A DNA stretch of 62,985 bases, filler included, from Collodictyon triciliatum (taxonomy: Eukaryota): NCBI GenBank assembly GCA_043381765.1. It is 6 parts of 6 records of this genome, joined end to end, with 100 filler letters (N's around TTAATTAATTAA, not from the genome) between each part and the next. Parts side by side here need not be neighbours in the genome. Positions count along the whole stretch, not along the records: positions 12,166 to 24,225 come from JBHJMP010002250.1; positions 24,326 to 30,553 come from JBHJMP010002251.1; 4 more parts are not named here. The stretch is one strand, 5' to 3'. Made by a program: the position numbers and the translations under genes. Below are positions 17,501-30,653 of this stretch, piece after piece; the first letter of the stretch is position 1, and each line of letters opens with the position of its first letter. The notes beneath the pieces were generated by a model. The model saw only the letters and a program-made list of their open reading frames with translations. It was not told the DNA's origin and ran no database searches.

Positions 17501-19769
17501 CTAGAAGGCAGGTGGTTCAGCCCCACGACGAGGCGGTAGACTTGTGCTCTGTGCCCTCTTTTTAATGGTGAATATTCGAATGTCTTTAACGGCTCCTGAT
17601 GCTTCATCGGAGTCGTGCTGCGTTGTTAAATCACGGACATTAGCGCGCATAACAGAGGCATTTTGCCAAAAAAAAAAAGTATTACATATTTCATTCATAA
17701 CAAGTTCCCCCATTACAAATCATAAATATATATTTGTGCACTCCTTAAAATAAAAGTGAAGAGAAATAGCCACAAAACAGTCCATACTGTGAAAATAAAA
17801 AGAAGAGTATATTCCTGCTTCTCAAGTGAAATGGGTGCCAAGATGTTACCTCAAAGACCTGGAACTCGGGATGAATCATTTTCTGAAATGTCATCCAAAA
17901 AGCAGACATTTGCTTATGGTGACCAATGACCATCTATACAAAATGGCAGAGTTGGTGTAATTAGTTCCATTTCGTATGGGAGCCATTATTGTAACATGTG
18001 TAGTAACTCTTCGATATGTCTTCATCTTATGGATGATTGCTGTTTAAGAAAAAAGAAACTGACACTGAAACTGAAACTGACATTGGCATAATAGACAAAA
18101 GAGGATTTTAACTTGGTTATTCAGTGGAAATGCACCTTTGTTTCTGGCCCAACAAGTTTCTGGCAGTACGAATGGAGCTGTTGGGTGGCTTGTTCAGTGG
18201 TTATGCTATGGCCGAAGAAACACGCAGTGTTTGCCACAACTAAATCCACACATCGGTGGTCGCTGAAGTCGTCTTCATCCCTGAAAGTTTTGGCAATAGA
18301 TTAACTGGTCAATACACAAGCAGAGAAAGCCGGCATGCAAAAGCAACTGAACATACCACGGAAGTTCCGCGATATCCACTCGAACACATTCCTTGCAATT
18401 GGATTTGGCGTTGTGTCCTGTAAGCGTGCAGACACCAGGAAGCTCGCCAAGTGTGAGGATGCAATCTAAAAAATGGTATATCTGTTATTCATCGAGGTTC
18501 AACAGGGCAATGATTTTTATTTCTTTTCATAACAATAAGAGAGATGTTTCATCGGACCTTCGTTCAGGATATAGGATAGGTATATCGCTGTCACAGGCGA
18601 CGGACATCCAAGCAAGAGACACTTTCGAGCAGAGCTTAGGTATGAAGATTTTAAAAGGATACTTAAAAAAAAAGGAGGGAAAAAGAGGCTAATCTAAGAA
18701 ATAATGGTGTGGTAACAATTATAATTGGCCCTTTCTTTTAAGAATTTTTTTATCAAAAAAGAAGAATAGTAAATTATCAGATAAAATATAAGAACAGACA
18801 TGTAATCTGCGCCTCTTCTCTCAAAATGGCGGTTGAGCCCCATCGACTGGATTGTTATTATTTTCGTCACAAACCAAAGATGAATAATGGGTGAGAGGAA
18901 TCAAAAGGATATATATATATATATAATCAGGGGATTTTGCGTACCGTATAGATCACTTTGTCATCATGCTCCATTCCGTTGGAAGGTGTAGAGAACGAAT
19001 GAAAAATCAGTTCCCCGCGATTGGGAATTCGAAACTTGAAACCAAAACAACTAGACGAGGGGCGCTGTGAAGTCCTCTGTGATGGTCAAACATATGGATG
19101 ATTATAAATAAATGACACTTGTGAAGCAAGCGAATGCAACTTCTATCTTTTGTATAGAATTTGCTGTTTCCAGTCGAATGCCGGTAAAAAAGAAACAATA
19201 AATACTAATATCCAATACACTTATTCTTCATGGAAAAAAAAAAGCCTCACTTTCTGAACATAACCATTTGCATGGAGTGTGTAATAGACTGTCATTGGCG
19301 GACTTGATCGATCCTACAGTTTTTTTTTAATGAGGAAAAAAAAAAAGATATCATGAAATCAGAGTACAGGTCAAGTAAAGCTAGTAAAAGAGAGGAAAGG
19401 AGAGATATGAGAGACCGGAGTAAACAAGCGAAAGCAGAATACGAGCAACATAATCAATAGACCGAAAGAGAGAACCAGTATATCCGATCCTGGAGAATCC
19501 TTCGACTCCGGCAACGACACAGACCGCGGGTTTCTTGCCATCGGCCGAATGCGTTGGGCAGACTGCAGAAAGGACGAGGAAGACAAATGCTCCGCGCCAT
19601 GCAGAGGCCGAAAGTGGAATCCTGCACGAACCGCGTTTCCTGCAGCAAAAACCGCTGCTCCGGCGTCCGATGCAGACGAGGTTTGTAGAGACGCAGAAAC
19701 GGTGCAGAGTTCGGCCGGTGGAGGCAGAGTGCACAGCCGCGGGGCGAACGGAGCACACGGCGGATCCAT
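17501..19769 (-). CDS. METTL21/Methyltransf_16-like seven-beta-strand methyltransferase homolog with degenerate SAM-binding motifs
   Basis: Phase-consistent exons 19076-18945, 18846-18800, 18634-18558, 18465-18357, 18280-18136, 17933-17850, 17617-17501. Translation: ..DDKVIYTSMGLNRHFERRGADYISARKCLLLGCPSPVTAIYL..DCILTLGELP..HNAKSN..VDIAELPWDED..VDLVVANTACFF..LVGPETKMVIGHHKQ..FQVFE..DIRIFTIKKR. Motif order and spacing match METTL21 proteins. Start is uncertain (ATG 19769 or 19541). Confidence 0.65.
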
Positions 19770-19874
19770 CGACCCTCGCGCAGACTCGTCAGGGGCGGCT
19801 TTTGCTCTGTGTCGCTTCTCCTGGTGATATTGGGTTTTTTTTATTTAAAAGTATTTAGTTTCTTAATGGTTCAT

Positions 19875-20000
19875 TTTTTTTTGTTTTTTGTTTTTTGTTT
19901 GTTTTTTGTTTTTTGTTTGGTTTTTGTTTTGTTTGTTTTGTTTTGTTTTGTTTTGTTTTGTTTTGTTTTGTTTTGTTTTGTTTTGTTTTGTTTTGTTTTG

Positions 20001-20031
<31 letters not shown>

Positions 20032-20116
20032 GCTTTTGTTTTGCTTTTGTGTTTGTTTTTGTTTCTATTGTTTTGTTTTGTTTTGTTTTGTTTTGTTTTG
20101 TTTTGTATTGTTTTGT

Positions 20117-20150
<34 letters not shown>

Positions 20151-20175
20151 TTTTCTTTTGTTTTCTTTTGTTTTG
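19875..20175. repeat. (TTTTG)n microsatellite
   Basis: Directly visible pentamer array. Confidence 0.95.
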
Positions 20176-20897
20176 TGTTTATTTAGGTTTGCGGTTTTCA
20201 GGTTCGGAAGCAAGAGCCGACAGTGACGAAGGAATAGATTGCATCACTTTGACACAGAGTTGCGTGTTTTTTTTTTGTTTTTGTTTTTTTTTTTTTTTTT
20301 TTTTTGTTGTCAGACCGATTCTGCTTCGATTATCCGCTGCGACTGATTTGTCCGGCGATTAATGCGAGAGGGAAGAAGAGGGAACTTTAAATAAAATGAT
20401 GATCATGATCTGATGGAGTTGTGATGGAAACATTCATTGAATCATCCTAAAAGTGTAAATGTCTTTTATACAATTATGGAAATTATGCTATAACACCCAA
20501 AATTACAAGGTAAGGTGTGTGTCGAAGTTCTCCTTTGAATATATATCGCAATCATGTCTGATTTCACTGCGCAGCATCGAAGCATGACGACAAACAACCT
20601 TCGGGATGGACGATATAACCAACATCCGCACTGTTCTGCGCCGCATAGCCGATGCTTATATCTTCAAAATACACTCACACAAACACGCTAAGGCACATGC
20701 ACTCATATCGAGTTAGCGATAACCCTGCAGAGTAAGACATGATGGTTGTACAGCAATATCAAAGATAAGAAACAAACAGACAGCTCCATCCATTTTTGTT
20801 CTTGCCGGGCATACACGCACATGGGTGAGGGACATGCTTGACTCTTGTCCCACAACAAATGACTGTATTCCATTCCACGCAAACTGTGTTGAGTTGT

Positions 20898-23800
20898 TTA
20901 CTTTTTGAGCGACAGAGCGTACCGGACCGCAGCTAAGGCATCCACGCGGCCGTAGCCGTAGAAGTAGTTGGGGAAAGTGTCGTACCCCAGCCCATCGCAG
21001 GTGGCCACGTTTCCGGCAGGAACGCCTAAGCGACGCACAGCTGTGGAGGAGATTGCCTCGTACACCTGCTCGTAGCTGAGGGACGGATTTGCACTCAAGA
21101 CAAGCGCAGCGACCCCTATGATTTATTGTGCATTTCGTGAGAAAGATGCTCGCCACGTGACAAAATTGCGGAAATATCTGTCATTATTCAACTGTTGCAG
21201 TTTCGGATGAGCGTTTTCTCTCTGACAAAATTCTCTGTCTGAATGATTTTTTTTTGACTATGTCACATATGTTTCTGTGAGTCGCTCATTGAAGAGAGTG
21301 TTGAATAGAACGGAGGGAATGAAAATAATGAAAATAATGAATAAGAGGAAAGAAAATTGATGGTCATGCCTGAAATATGTGGGCACGCCATGGAAGTACC
21401 CGAGCTAACGGAATAACTGCTGTCTCCGTTTCCATAAGAGGACTTTCAGAAAGGGTGAAGTAAGAAAAAAAAACTTTATCGGAAGATATATTAATTAACA
21501 AAAAAAAAAAAATACACCGGAAACAATCAGCAGGGATACATCTATTCATATGTTGACATACTCGGACGTCCTCTCCTGGGGCTGAAATATCGGGTTTCAT
21601 GTTGGCGTATCCAGTTTGGCTCGGGCCTGGTCCACGGCTGCTGAAGCGAGACAGTGCATCCGCTTTGTTCGTGCATCCTACGCCGATGGTCTAGAACATA
21701 CATGATTGTGATATCAAATAACGTTTTTAGAGTGAATAAAACACAGGGGAGACGAATCTGTACCTGCACATAGTTTCCAGGAGCACCCGTTGTGGAGCAC
21801 CTTGGTCCAGAATTCCCGTTAGCAAACACAGGTATAATGCCTGAGTGGATTATTCGAGTTGCGTGGATAAATTAAGATATAAATGAGAAGGAAATCAGGC
21901 AATCCTTGATTATATTGAAACAATATCGAGAATCATTAATTTTATGAAAGAATACAATCAAATTTTTTTAACTATGTGGAGGTTAAAAAGGTGTTTTCCT
22001 CTCAATATAGTTTTCTTTACCAGCATCCCTCCAGGCACGCACATAATCCAAATAGAAACTATCAGTCTCATAGCCACCCCACGAGTTGGAAACAATGTCC
22101 GCCCCACGGGAGCAATCAGGAGCAGAACCGTCGCGTCTATATTAAGAAACATGAATTGAGGTGTCCTTTTCAGTGCCTCTCGGCGTTGATGAATAAGAAT
22201 ACTGTGCTATTACGAATGGCTGGGCAAAATTTGTTCCCGCAAATTGAAAGATAAAGCTGGACATTGAAATAAAAGGGAATGGAAAGGAAAAGGATGAGAA
22301 TAATACTGAGAAATGATATGACACATCTCTAAACTAAAATTTTACTTTGTTGGGCAAAGAGTCCACTCTGCACTGGTGATAAGTCCGTAGTTGAGGCACT
22401 GGCCATCTCTGCACCCTTTTGCGGCAATCCTGCGTAATTGTGTTGCATAGAGAAGAAGAAGAAAAAAGGAATCCGCCAACCAATTAAAAAGAAAAACGAT
22501 GCATTAGAGTAATTTTGGCATGTGCTAGTTTCACAATTTGAAAATTAGCAAATTTGGTCTTCATGAGGTATAGTTCCATATGATACCATTTAGCCCCAGG
22601 AGCAACCCCGATTCCGTAAGTGTCCGAACCAACTGCAGAGCCTGTTACATGAGAACCATGCCCGATGACGTCGAAGGGATAATCGGCGCAGCACTCAGAG
22701 CGAGGTTGGTTGCTGCAGGGAAGTCCAGGATTGCACCACCAATCATCATTGGCTGGAAAAAAAATAGATTAAAATAGGCGCCTTTCGCCATGAGGAGTCC
22801 GTAGACTAAGGAACGTAACATCTGCTTAAATAATAGTTGTCTATATCTCATATTTTGGTCGTCGCATAAACTCAAAATGACGATCTTATGTGAGATATCC
22901 GATAGGAAAAGGTTTGATAAAAATGAAATTGATAACAGATGAAATACAACAACATTGATTGATATGAATAGGTCTTGCACAAAATAAAAAAAGGAAACAA
23001 ACCAAACTCTTTAGGGTCCCACCAGTTGTAATCATGGTCGAATCGGTTATTTCCGAGGTTTCCACGATAATTTGCTACCAAAGCCTGGTGGGTGTACCTC
23101 GTTCCAGTATCGATAACAGCCACGACGACCTACACAAATTAAAAAAAAAAGGAGAGGGAGAGAAAGGAAGAAAAGAAGGATTGGCGCATATTCAACTCTA
23201 TGACTCATCGTCATTATGTATTCCTCTCTTATTCTACATGATGATCTACTATCCAATCAAATCTCAAACAAAATTTTCAAACATCATTAACACCCGAGCA
23301 TTCTGACAGGACATTAAAAAAAGTTGTTTTTTTTTAGAAAAACATCTAGATTGAACACAATTCTGAAGCGGGCAAAGCACTAGAAATCTAAAATCAAATC
23401 ACAACACTGGCCAACTCACATTCTCACCACGGGTGATATTCCAGGCAGCATCAGCACGAATCAGAGCGATATTCCACTCCAGCGCGCGTGTCTGGTCGTC
23501 AGGCGTCTCGTCCTGCTGGACAGAGTGAAAGGGCTCCACCGTGGCTGCGACAGCATCGGCCGGACGGACACTGTGGACATCTGCGGCCTGGACCAGCCAA
23601 TCGATGAATGCACGCGTGGCTTGCGGGAAGTAAAGGGCGTTGCTGATCCAGAAGGACTCCCAGTTTGCAGCGGCCGGCATCAGATCCTCCGGGATGGAGG
23701 CAAGCAGCTGCTTGTGCGAGTGCAGGGCAATCATCATTCGCACTTGCTGTACAATCTCGCGGCGTTGAGCGCGGGGCAGAGTCTCGCGCGCCGCAAAGGC

Positions 23801-24049
23801 CGTCCACATGCTTTGTGCATGACTTTGCTGCTCGCTCGAGCCCAGTGTGGCGGCAGCGGCTTGGAAGGCGGACTCGGAGTCCAGTTCCTGAGTCAGACGC
23901 ACAAGAATCCCAAACGGTTGGTCTCGGTCGTATTTGAGCCGGTGGGCCTCGTCCAGCGTAAGAAATCCGCAGAAGGAGGCACCAACGAGACTGGCGCATA
24001 GGGCTGCGGCGAGGATGAGCGGAGACCGGGTTTGTCGTGTGCAGAACAT
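20898..24049 (-). CDS. Secreted S8 subtilisin-like serine protease (bacillopeptidase F-like) with signal peptide and prodomain
   Basis: Hydrophobic N-terminus, propeptide, and catalytic triad motifs VAVIDTG, GHGSHVTG and SGTSMACPH. Also GIGVAPGAKW, IVSNSWG, FANGNSGP, FSSRGP, KPDISAPG and C-terminal PNYFYGYGRVDA across spliced exons. Confidence 0.92.
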
Positions 24050-24225
24050 CTGACTTTTTTTTTTAGTTTCCTATTTCTTATTTTATTTCGCTTTTTACTT
24101 TGTTTTGTCTTTTTTGTGCTTTTTGTGTGTTTTTTTGTGTGTTTTTTTGTGTTTTTTTTGTGTTTTTTTTGTGTTTTTTTTGTGTTTTTTTTGTGTTTTT
24201 TTTGTGTTTTTTTTGTGTTTTTTTT

Positions 24226-24325
24226 NNNNNNNNNNNNNNNNNNNNNNNNNNNNNNNNNNNNNNNNNNNNTTAATTAATTAANNNNNNNNNNNNNNNNNNN
24301 NNNNNNNNNNNNNNNNNNNNNNNNN
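24226..24325. other. Artificial scaffold spacer
   Basis: Same linker at 24270-24281. Confidence 0.97.
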
Positions 24326-24522
24326 GAAAAAAGAAAAGAAAAAAGAAAAGAAAAAAGAAAAGAAAAAAGAAAAGAAAAAAGAAAAGAAAAAAGAAAAGAA
24401 AAAAGAAAAGAAAAAAGAAAAAGATAAATGAATCAGTGCAACCAATACTGAGCACTATATTCATACTCCCTTGCTATCTGTGGGTCGATGGTTAGAGCAT
24501 GATACGTCTTTTTTATTCCCCT

Positions 24523-24563
<41 letters not shown>

Positions 24564-25174
24564 TGTTTCAAAGAGCTCGCTCCGTCTTTTAGTAGTTTGT
24601 TATACTCACGGGTCGGTGGCAGCTGGTGTCCTGATCGTCGGTGTGATCCGGTGCATAACCTGTGTTGTAAGAGACGTGGTCAAGTGACCTTTTCGCTCTC
24701 TGGGTGGCTTTGTCGGCCTTCCTGGTTTGCGTACGATCAGTAGGCATTCCACGAGTCAGGGTTGAGGCGCTGGTCTCCAGGTAGGCGGTCTCGTCCTTCT
24801 CAGGATCCCTCTTTCCGATCGCTTGCGCGCTTTTTTTCGGCTTCAGAACGTGGCGGGTTGGGAGAAGGAAAGAACGCCAGTGCAATAATAATATTTTCAG
24901 GGAATGTGTCCTTTTTTCTCTCTCAGTGTGCTTGTTTCTCAGCAAAGGAGACTTTTTCGTATTCATTATGATTTTTTTATTGTTCCTCTCGAGTCTGTCT
25001 GTCTGTCTCAGTATGATCACCACATCTATTCACATAGTAAGGTATAGAATTTATATATCGACCTTTGAGGATTTTGTCTCACGCACACATGGAAACAAAC
25101 AATCATACGGTTGGAAATATCTATTTATTAAAAGTGTATTTTTTGATGATGGCTTTGTAATGCAGTGTCCGTGG

Positions 25175-27994
25175 TCAATACGAATAAATGGTCGACCTGG
25201 ACTGGCTAAAGACAACAAGCCTATCGCTGGAGTCAAACATGCATTCTGACGGATTTCCCTCCTCCATTACCTTCTCTACTTTTCCATCCGCTGTGATGAA
25301 GCGAATGGATGACCTAGTGGAGTATGCGTTTGCATAGTCGCACATTATTAACCCACCAAACGGCCCCCTCTCCAAAAAGGTCGGTTCAAACAGCCCAACG
25401 TCGACTGTGTACAGCAACGAAAAGTCCAGAGTCGAGCGGATGCTGATGAACCCCGTCTTCTTGCGGTAGATAGCCAGGCAACCGAGACTACCCAACGCAA
25501 TACTCTTGATTTTGTGCTCCGGCGCATCAATTACGCAATCACTCAATTTCTTCATGACATTTCCCTCTCGATCAAGTTTCCAGATGTCAGAGTTTGAAAG
25601 GCTTGTGATAAATAAATTCCCTTCCTCACAAAAGACATGGCTCGTCTGGTCATTGTGCAATAGATTGGTGGACCGGTCCATCTTCTTGATCACCTTTTCT
25701 TCATGGTCGATGAGGACAAACGATTCATTATGAAGACAAGAGATAACGGCGACCATTCCATCGACTGAAAATGATATCTTTGAGCAAGCAAATCGACTTA
25801 AGAACCACCTATCTGTCTCGATTAATCGAATAATAGAATCACCACTTTCATTAAACACAAAAATACTTCCCGAACCAAAGACAGTGGCATAAATTTGATT
25901 CGTTTTTGGATTGATTGATATGTGATTGATTCTATCGATGAGTTTTCGTCCTGTTGGGTCACGATTGATGTTTTTTAACGGGAATTCAATGGAATCTGGT
26001 TCGTAGATAACTTTGTATTTTCGAATAACTCTCAACCGAGAGGATGTAACACAGAGATTATCATCTTCGTCAAATACAGCACAATAAGCCCAATTCAACG
26101 AGATATCTCCGATAAGTGCTCCAGATTCTCTATAAAACGAAAACCTGAGGGAGTTTGATTCATACAAAAAGAATTCACCAGACAAACGAAAACCAACCAA
26201 AGGACTTGAGCGAGGAGGAACCATTAGAGTCCGCAGCAGAGATCCCGTCGTTGAGAATACCAATATCACTCCTTCACCCTGCACAGTAACATAAAGTTCA
26301 TCCATTCTATTGACAGCAATACCATGGAATTTGTATTTTAGTTGGTCGTCCCCAAGCCGAACTGATTGCCCAAACGCCATCAATAATCTGCCTTCTCGAT
26401 CGAATTTTTGAATCCGATTGTTTTCAGTATCTGCGACATACATATTACAAAGCGAATCAAATGCAATTGATGAGGGTAGGTTGAATTCTTGATCTTCATT
26501 TCCCTTTGCGCCTTTTCCTAGGACAAAAATCACCGCATAATTTTCATCTAAAGCAATTATCATATGATTATTGCTATCGAGGAGAGCGAGTCTGCGGCCA
26601 TCCTTTGAAAAGGCCAAGACAACCGGACTGAAGGATTTTATGGATTTCCAATAAAGTTCGTCCAGGTGATCTGTCTTTCGAAAAAAGGAGCTCATGCGAT
26701 TATGTTTCTTTCTTTTCTGACGAATCCATTCATCAATTACCTCCATAATATCGATATCTCCGCACGGAGATAATTCTTTGTCAAAAATAAGAAGTTTCCT
26801 GGCCTCCTCATCTATGGCATGCAGCTGCTTGTTGACGGGATGAACAGCAATACCTGAAAGTGTTCGGATTGTCTGGTGTCTGGCCGACTCATTTACCAAC
26901 GTAGCAGTGTTTATGTTGCGTGTAATGTGATGCAGACCGCAAGAAACATTTGCGAATCTTTTCTCCGCGTGTTGGTCCTCACCGCTTGAAGTGTTGGCCG
27001 TGTTTTGGATTTTCGATAAAGTAAAGTGGATTTTCATTGGATTCGTCGGTATTTGAAAAACTGTCCTAGAAATGCTACTTAGTTGCTTTAAAATATTCAA
27101 CCGGCTGTGCAGTTGAAATACCACCGACCCGTCGACATTTGAAAGATCCTTGTATCTTTTTGTAATTCTCTTGATTTCGTACAACCACAATGGCACATGA
27201 GCGTGAGAGTGGTACACCTTTGTAGCTTTAGATCGAGATTGACCGAGCTGAAACCAGGTAAACATAAACAGAGAAAACCATATGATCATTAAAATTGATG
27301 AATAAATGAACAGAATTGAACAGAATTGAACAGAAAAAGAAAAGAAAAAGAAAAGAAAAAGAAAAGAAAAAGAAAAAGAGAAGAAATAGAAAAGAAAAAG
27401 AAAAGAAAAAGAAAAAGAGAAGAAAAAGAAAAGAAAAAGAAAAGAAAAAGAAAAAGAAAAAGAACATATAATATATACATGCAATTGTTGGATATTTAAT
27501 GGTGCATGCGACAATGAGCAAAAAAAAGAAAAGAAAAGTAAAACCAAAGTTCAAGAGCAACGTCATATAGTTATGTTGTGTATTATCTAACCTCACTCAA
27601 GGTGCGCTGCTCTCGTCGGTCAAGCACCGATACCCTCTCCTCAAATAAAGAGACTATCAGCGCATCCTTTCCCTCAAAGTAGGCAGTGATCTGAGTCCGT
27701 ACACAATATGAAAACTTGACACATACACACAAACAACAGATGCACATTCCTCATGTATTGTCTTGTGACGGGCACTCCGCGCAACACAACGCCAGTTCAT
27801 TGCAAATAAGCTCTGTCACTCGAGAAGGGGTATTATGCTTTTTTTTTCTTCTCAAACAACCCAAACAAAAAATGGCAGAGAGAGGCTTACCTGGTCGATC
27901 GCGTCTTCAAAACGACTGTGGTGGCCCGCTTTTGTGTTGGGTGTGCTTGCGGTGTGCATGTTGCAGGGTAGACTTACGTGTGTTGCGTCGATCG
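25175..27994 (-). CDS. Coiled-coil plus tandem NHL/beta-propeller protein (5' end unresolved, runs toward the gap at 28315)
   Basis: Large exon ~27250-25175 with NHL repeats (FNLPSSIAFDSLCNMYVADTENNRIQKFDREGRLL, HGIAVNRMDELYVT) and a second, more divergent repeat set. Upstream exon ITAYFEGKDALIVSLFEERVSVLDRREQRTLSE resembles a TRIM-type coiled coil. The start of the listed 790-aa ORF is intronic repeat. Confidence 0.75.
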
Positions 27995-28217
27995 CTAGGC
28001 AGGTAATTCATTATTGTTTCCGATTTTATATCTTCCCTTCCCTTATTTTTCTCTTTGTATGTACACAAAAATATGAGTTGGTGCTCGCAGTACCTGGGTT
28101 GGGAGTAGAATGGGCGGAGTCGTTGAAAAGCTCACCAAGGACAGCAGGTCAATTTGACAGGAGTTAAATCCTTCTTCATCTCCGTAAAACCATCGATCCT
28201 AACAATATTACTACTGC

Positions 28218-28314
<97 letters not shown>

Positions 28315-29103
28315 NNNNNNNNNNNNNNNNNNNNNNNNNNNNNNNNNNNNNNNNNNNNNNNNNNNNNNNNNNNNNNNNNNNNNNNNNNNNNNNNNNNNNN
28401 NNNNNNNNNNNNNNNNNNNNNNNNNNNNNNNNNNNNNNNNNNNNNNNNNNNNNNNNNNNNNNNNNNNNNNNNNNNNNNNNNNNNNNNNNNNNNNNNNNNN
28501 NNNNNNNNNNNNNNNNNNNNNNNNNNNNNNNNNNNNNNNNNNNNNNNNNNNNNNNNNNNNNNNNNNNNNNNNNNNNNNNNNNNNNNNNNNNNNNNNNNNN
28601 NNNNNNNNNNNNNNNNNNNNNNNNNNNNNNNNNNNNNNNNNNNNNNNNNNNNNNNNNNNNNNNNNNNNNNNNNNNNNNNNNNNNNNNNNNNNNNNNNNNN
28701 NNNNNNNNNNNNNNNNNNNNNNNNNNNNNNNNNNNNNNNNNNNNNNNNNNNNNNNNNNNNNNNNNNNNNNNNNNNNNNNNNNNNNNNNNNNNNNNNNNNN
28801 NNNNNNNNNNNNNNNNNNNNNNNNNNNNNNNNNNNNNNNNNNNNNNNNNNNNNNNNNNNNNNNNNNNNNNNNNNAACAACAAAAAACAATAAAAAAAAAA
28901 AACAAAATAAAAAAGAAAAATTGTAAATAGAAGATACATAAGGACATTAGCAAGAGCAACTCAGAAGGGAGAAAAAAGAAATTAACTATCGCACGAGTTA
29001 AGGCGATTCCATTCCTCTATTTCGTAAGCCTTCATTTTAAAGAGACGGAAGTTAGAAACACATGTACGCCTCTGCAAATTCAGCAAAATTGCAGCCAGAA
29101 TCA

Positions 29104-29192
<89 letters not shown>

Positions 29193-29225
29193 AAAAAAAG
29201 AACAACCAAGGAAGTGGTTAGGTAC

Positions 29226-30500
29226 ATGAGAAAGGCCCCAAATCCAACAAGGAGTGTGGCAACTTCAACTTCATCCCAGAATACCACCCGATATGCCACC
29301 ACGAAAAGAAAAGGGCAATTTCTGCGAATGGAAGTCAAGGAAGTAAAATGCGAAATAAATGCAAAAGAAAAGAAAGATGACCCACGCACATTTGTTGCTG
29401 ATGTTTCGTCAGTTTCGTCCAAGTTGCCAAACTTTTTAAAGCAAAACAGAGAAGTTGTTGAAGTTTCGGGCACTTTTGCCCTATGCAACATAAACTCGAA
29501 AAACATGAGGTTTTCTTTCTTTAAAAGAAAAAATAAAGTAGAATCATAAAATGGCCTACATGGATTAATATTTTGCGCCAAATTATTAATTTTTGATCAC
29601 ATTCGTCAAAGGTTTGCTGACGAGAAACTCGAGCGAGACTATCGTATACATATGACAAAGTCATCAATATCGACGCTAATTTATTTTACCTTCTTTGCGC
29701 TGACATACAGCCTTGTTCAACAAGGCTATAGGTTTTTCTTTTAAAAATGTTTATTACTTTGAATATTCACCGCATATGTTTCTTTTCAATATTATGATGT
29801 ACAATATTCCTTCATTCAAGAAACAGATTCGAGTTTTTGTGGAGTAATATTCGGTCTCATAATTAGGGTCAACAACTCTCTCATCAGAAAGATTATTTTC
29901 GGTATCATGTCTTTATTCATGTCGGTTATAATGAGCATTGCTTTTCTGATCCGCAGGCGTCTAAATAACCAAGAGACCATATTCTATTATACCCGGTACA
30001 AATTATTCATTTTTAAATAGCTAGTTTAGAATGGCTCTTTATGAATCTTAAGAAATAACCAAATGCAAAATTCCAGATTTTACTACCACTTGCACGATGC
30101 CACTTTTCTTGGATTGTCTATTTTGCTCTCGTCGACGATTATAGTAGAACCGGACCGAGTAATATCTGCTACTGAAGTCGTTGTTGTGGTAATGCACACG
30201 ACTGATAATTTGCATCTGTATTAAGAACAAATTTCAAAACGTGCATCCTTATGAGTTTAATGAAAATATGTTAGTATACGAATAAACCAATACGATTTCA
30301 TAGGCTATGGCTCTGGCTTTTCCAGGGGATTATGTACAGCAGACCCGTCTTGTCACATTTTCGAATTTCTATCCCTTTATTTTGCTGATCATTTCCGACA
30401 AAGCAGACTTTGCTATGATGTTCCGATGTCTCGCCCCACTTCTCATCACATCCGTCATAAGCGTCGCATTGCTGAGAATCACAGAGACCCAAAGAAAGCA
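29226..30500 (+). CDS. N-terminal multi-pass membrane region of an adenylyl/guanylyl-cyclase-type signalling protein (3' truncated)
   Basis: Spliced exons (29226-29509, ~29612-29731, ~29867-29995, ~30078-30188, 30304-30500). They give NMRFADEKLERDY, about six hydrophobic segments and a closing ..LRITETQRK, the layout of cyclase-type TM blocks. No catalytic domain is present in the scaffold. Confidence 0.55.
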
Positions 30501-30553
30501 GTACGCTCGTCATCCCATCCATTCTTACCAGAATCTTTTCTTTACACTGGACA

Positions 30554-30653
30554 NNNNNNNNNNNNNNNNNNNNNNNNNNNNNNNNNNNNNNNNNNNNTTA
30601 ATTAATTAANNNNNNNNNNNNNNNNNNNNNNNNNNNNNNNNNNNNNNNNNNNN
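30554..30653. other. Artificial scaffold spacer
   Basis: Same linker at 30598-30609. Confidence 0.97.

Noticed and set aside
24608-24870. Candidate minus-strand first exon ending at a GTGAGT donor
   Set aside because: Plausible truncated gene, but no identifiable product and the frame is ambiguous.
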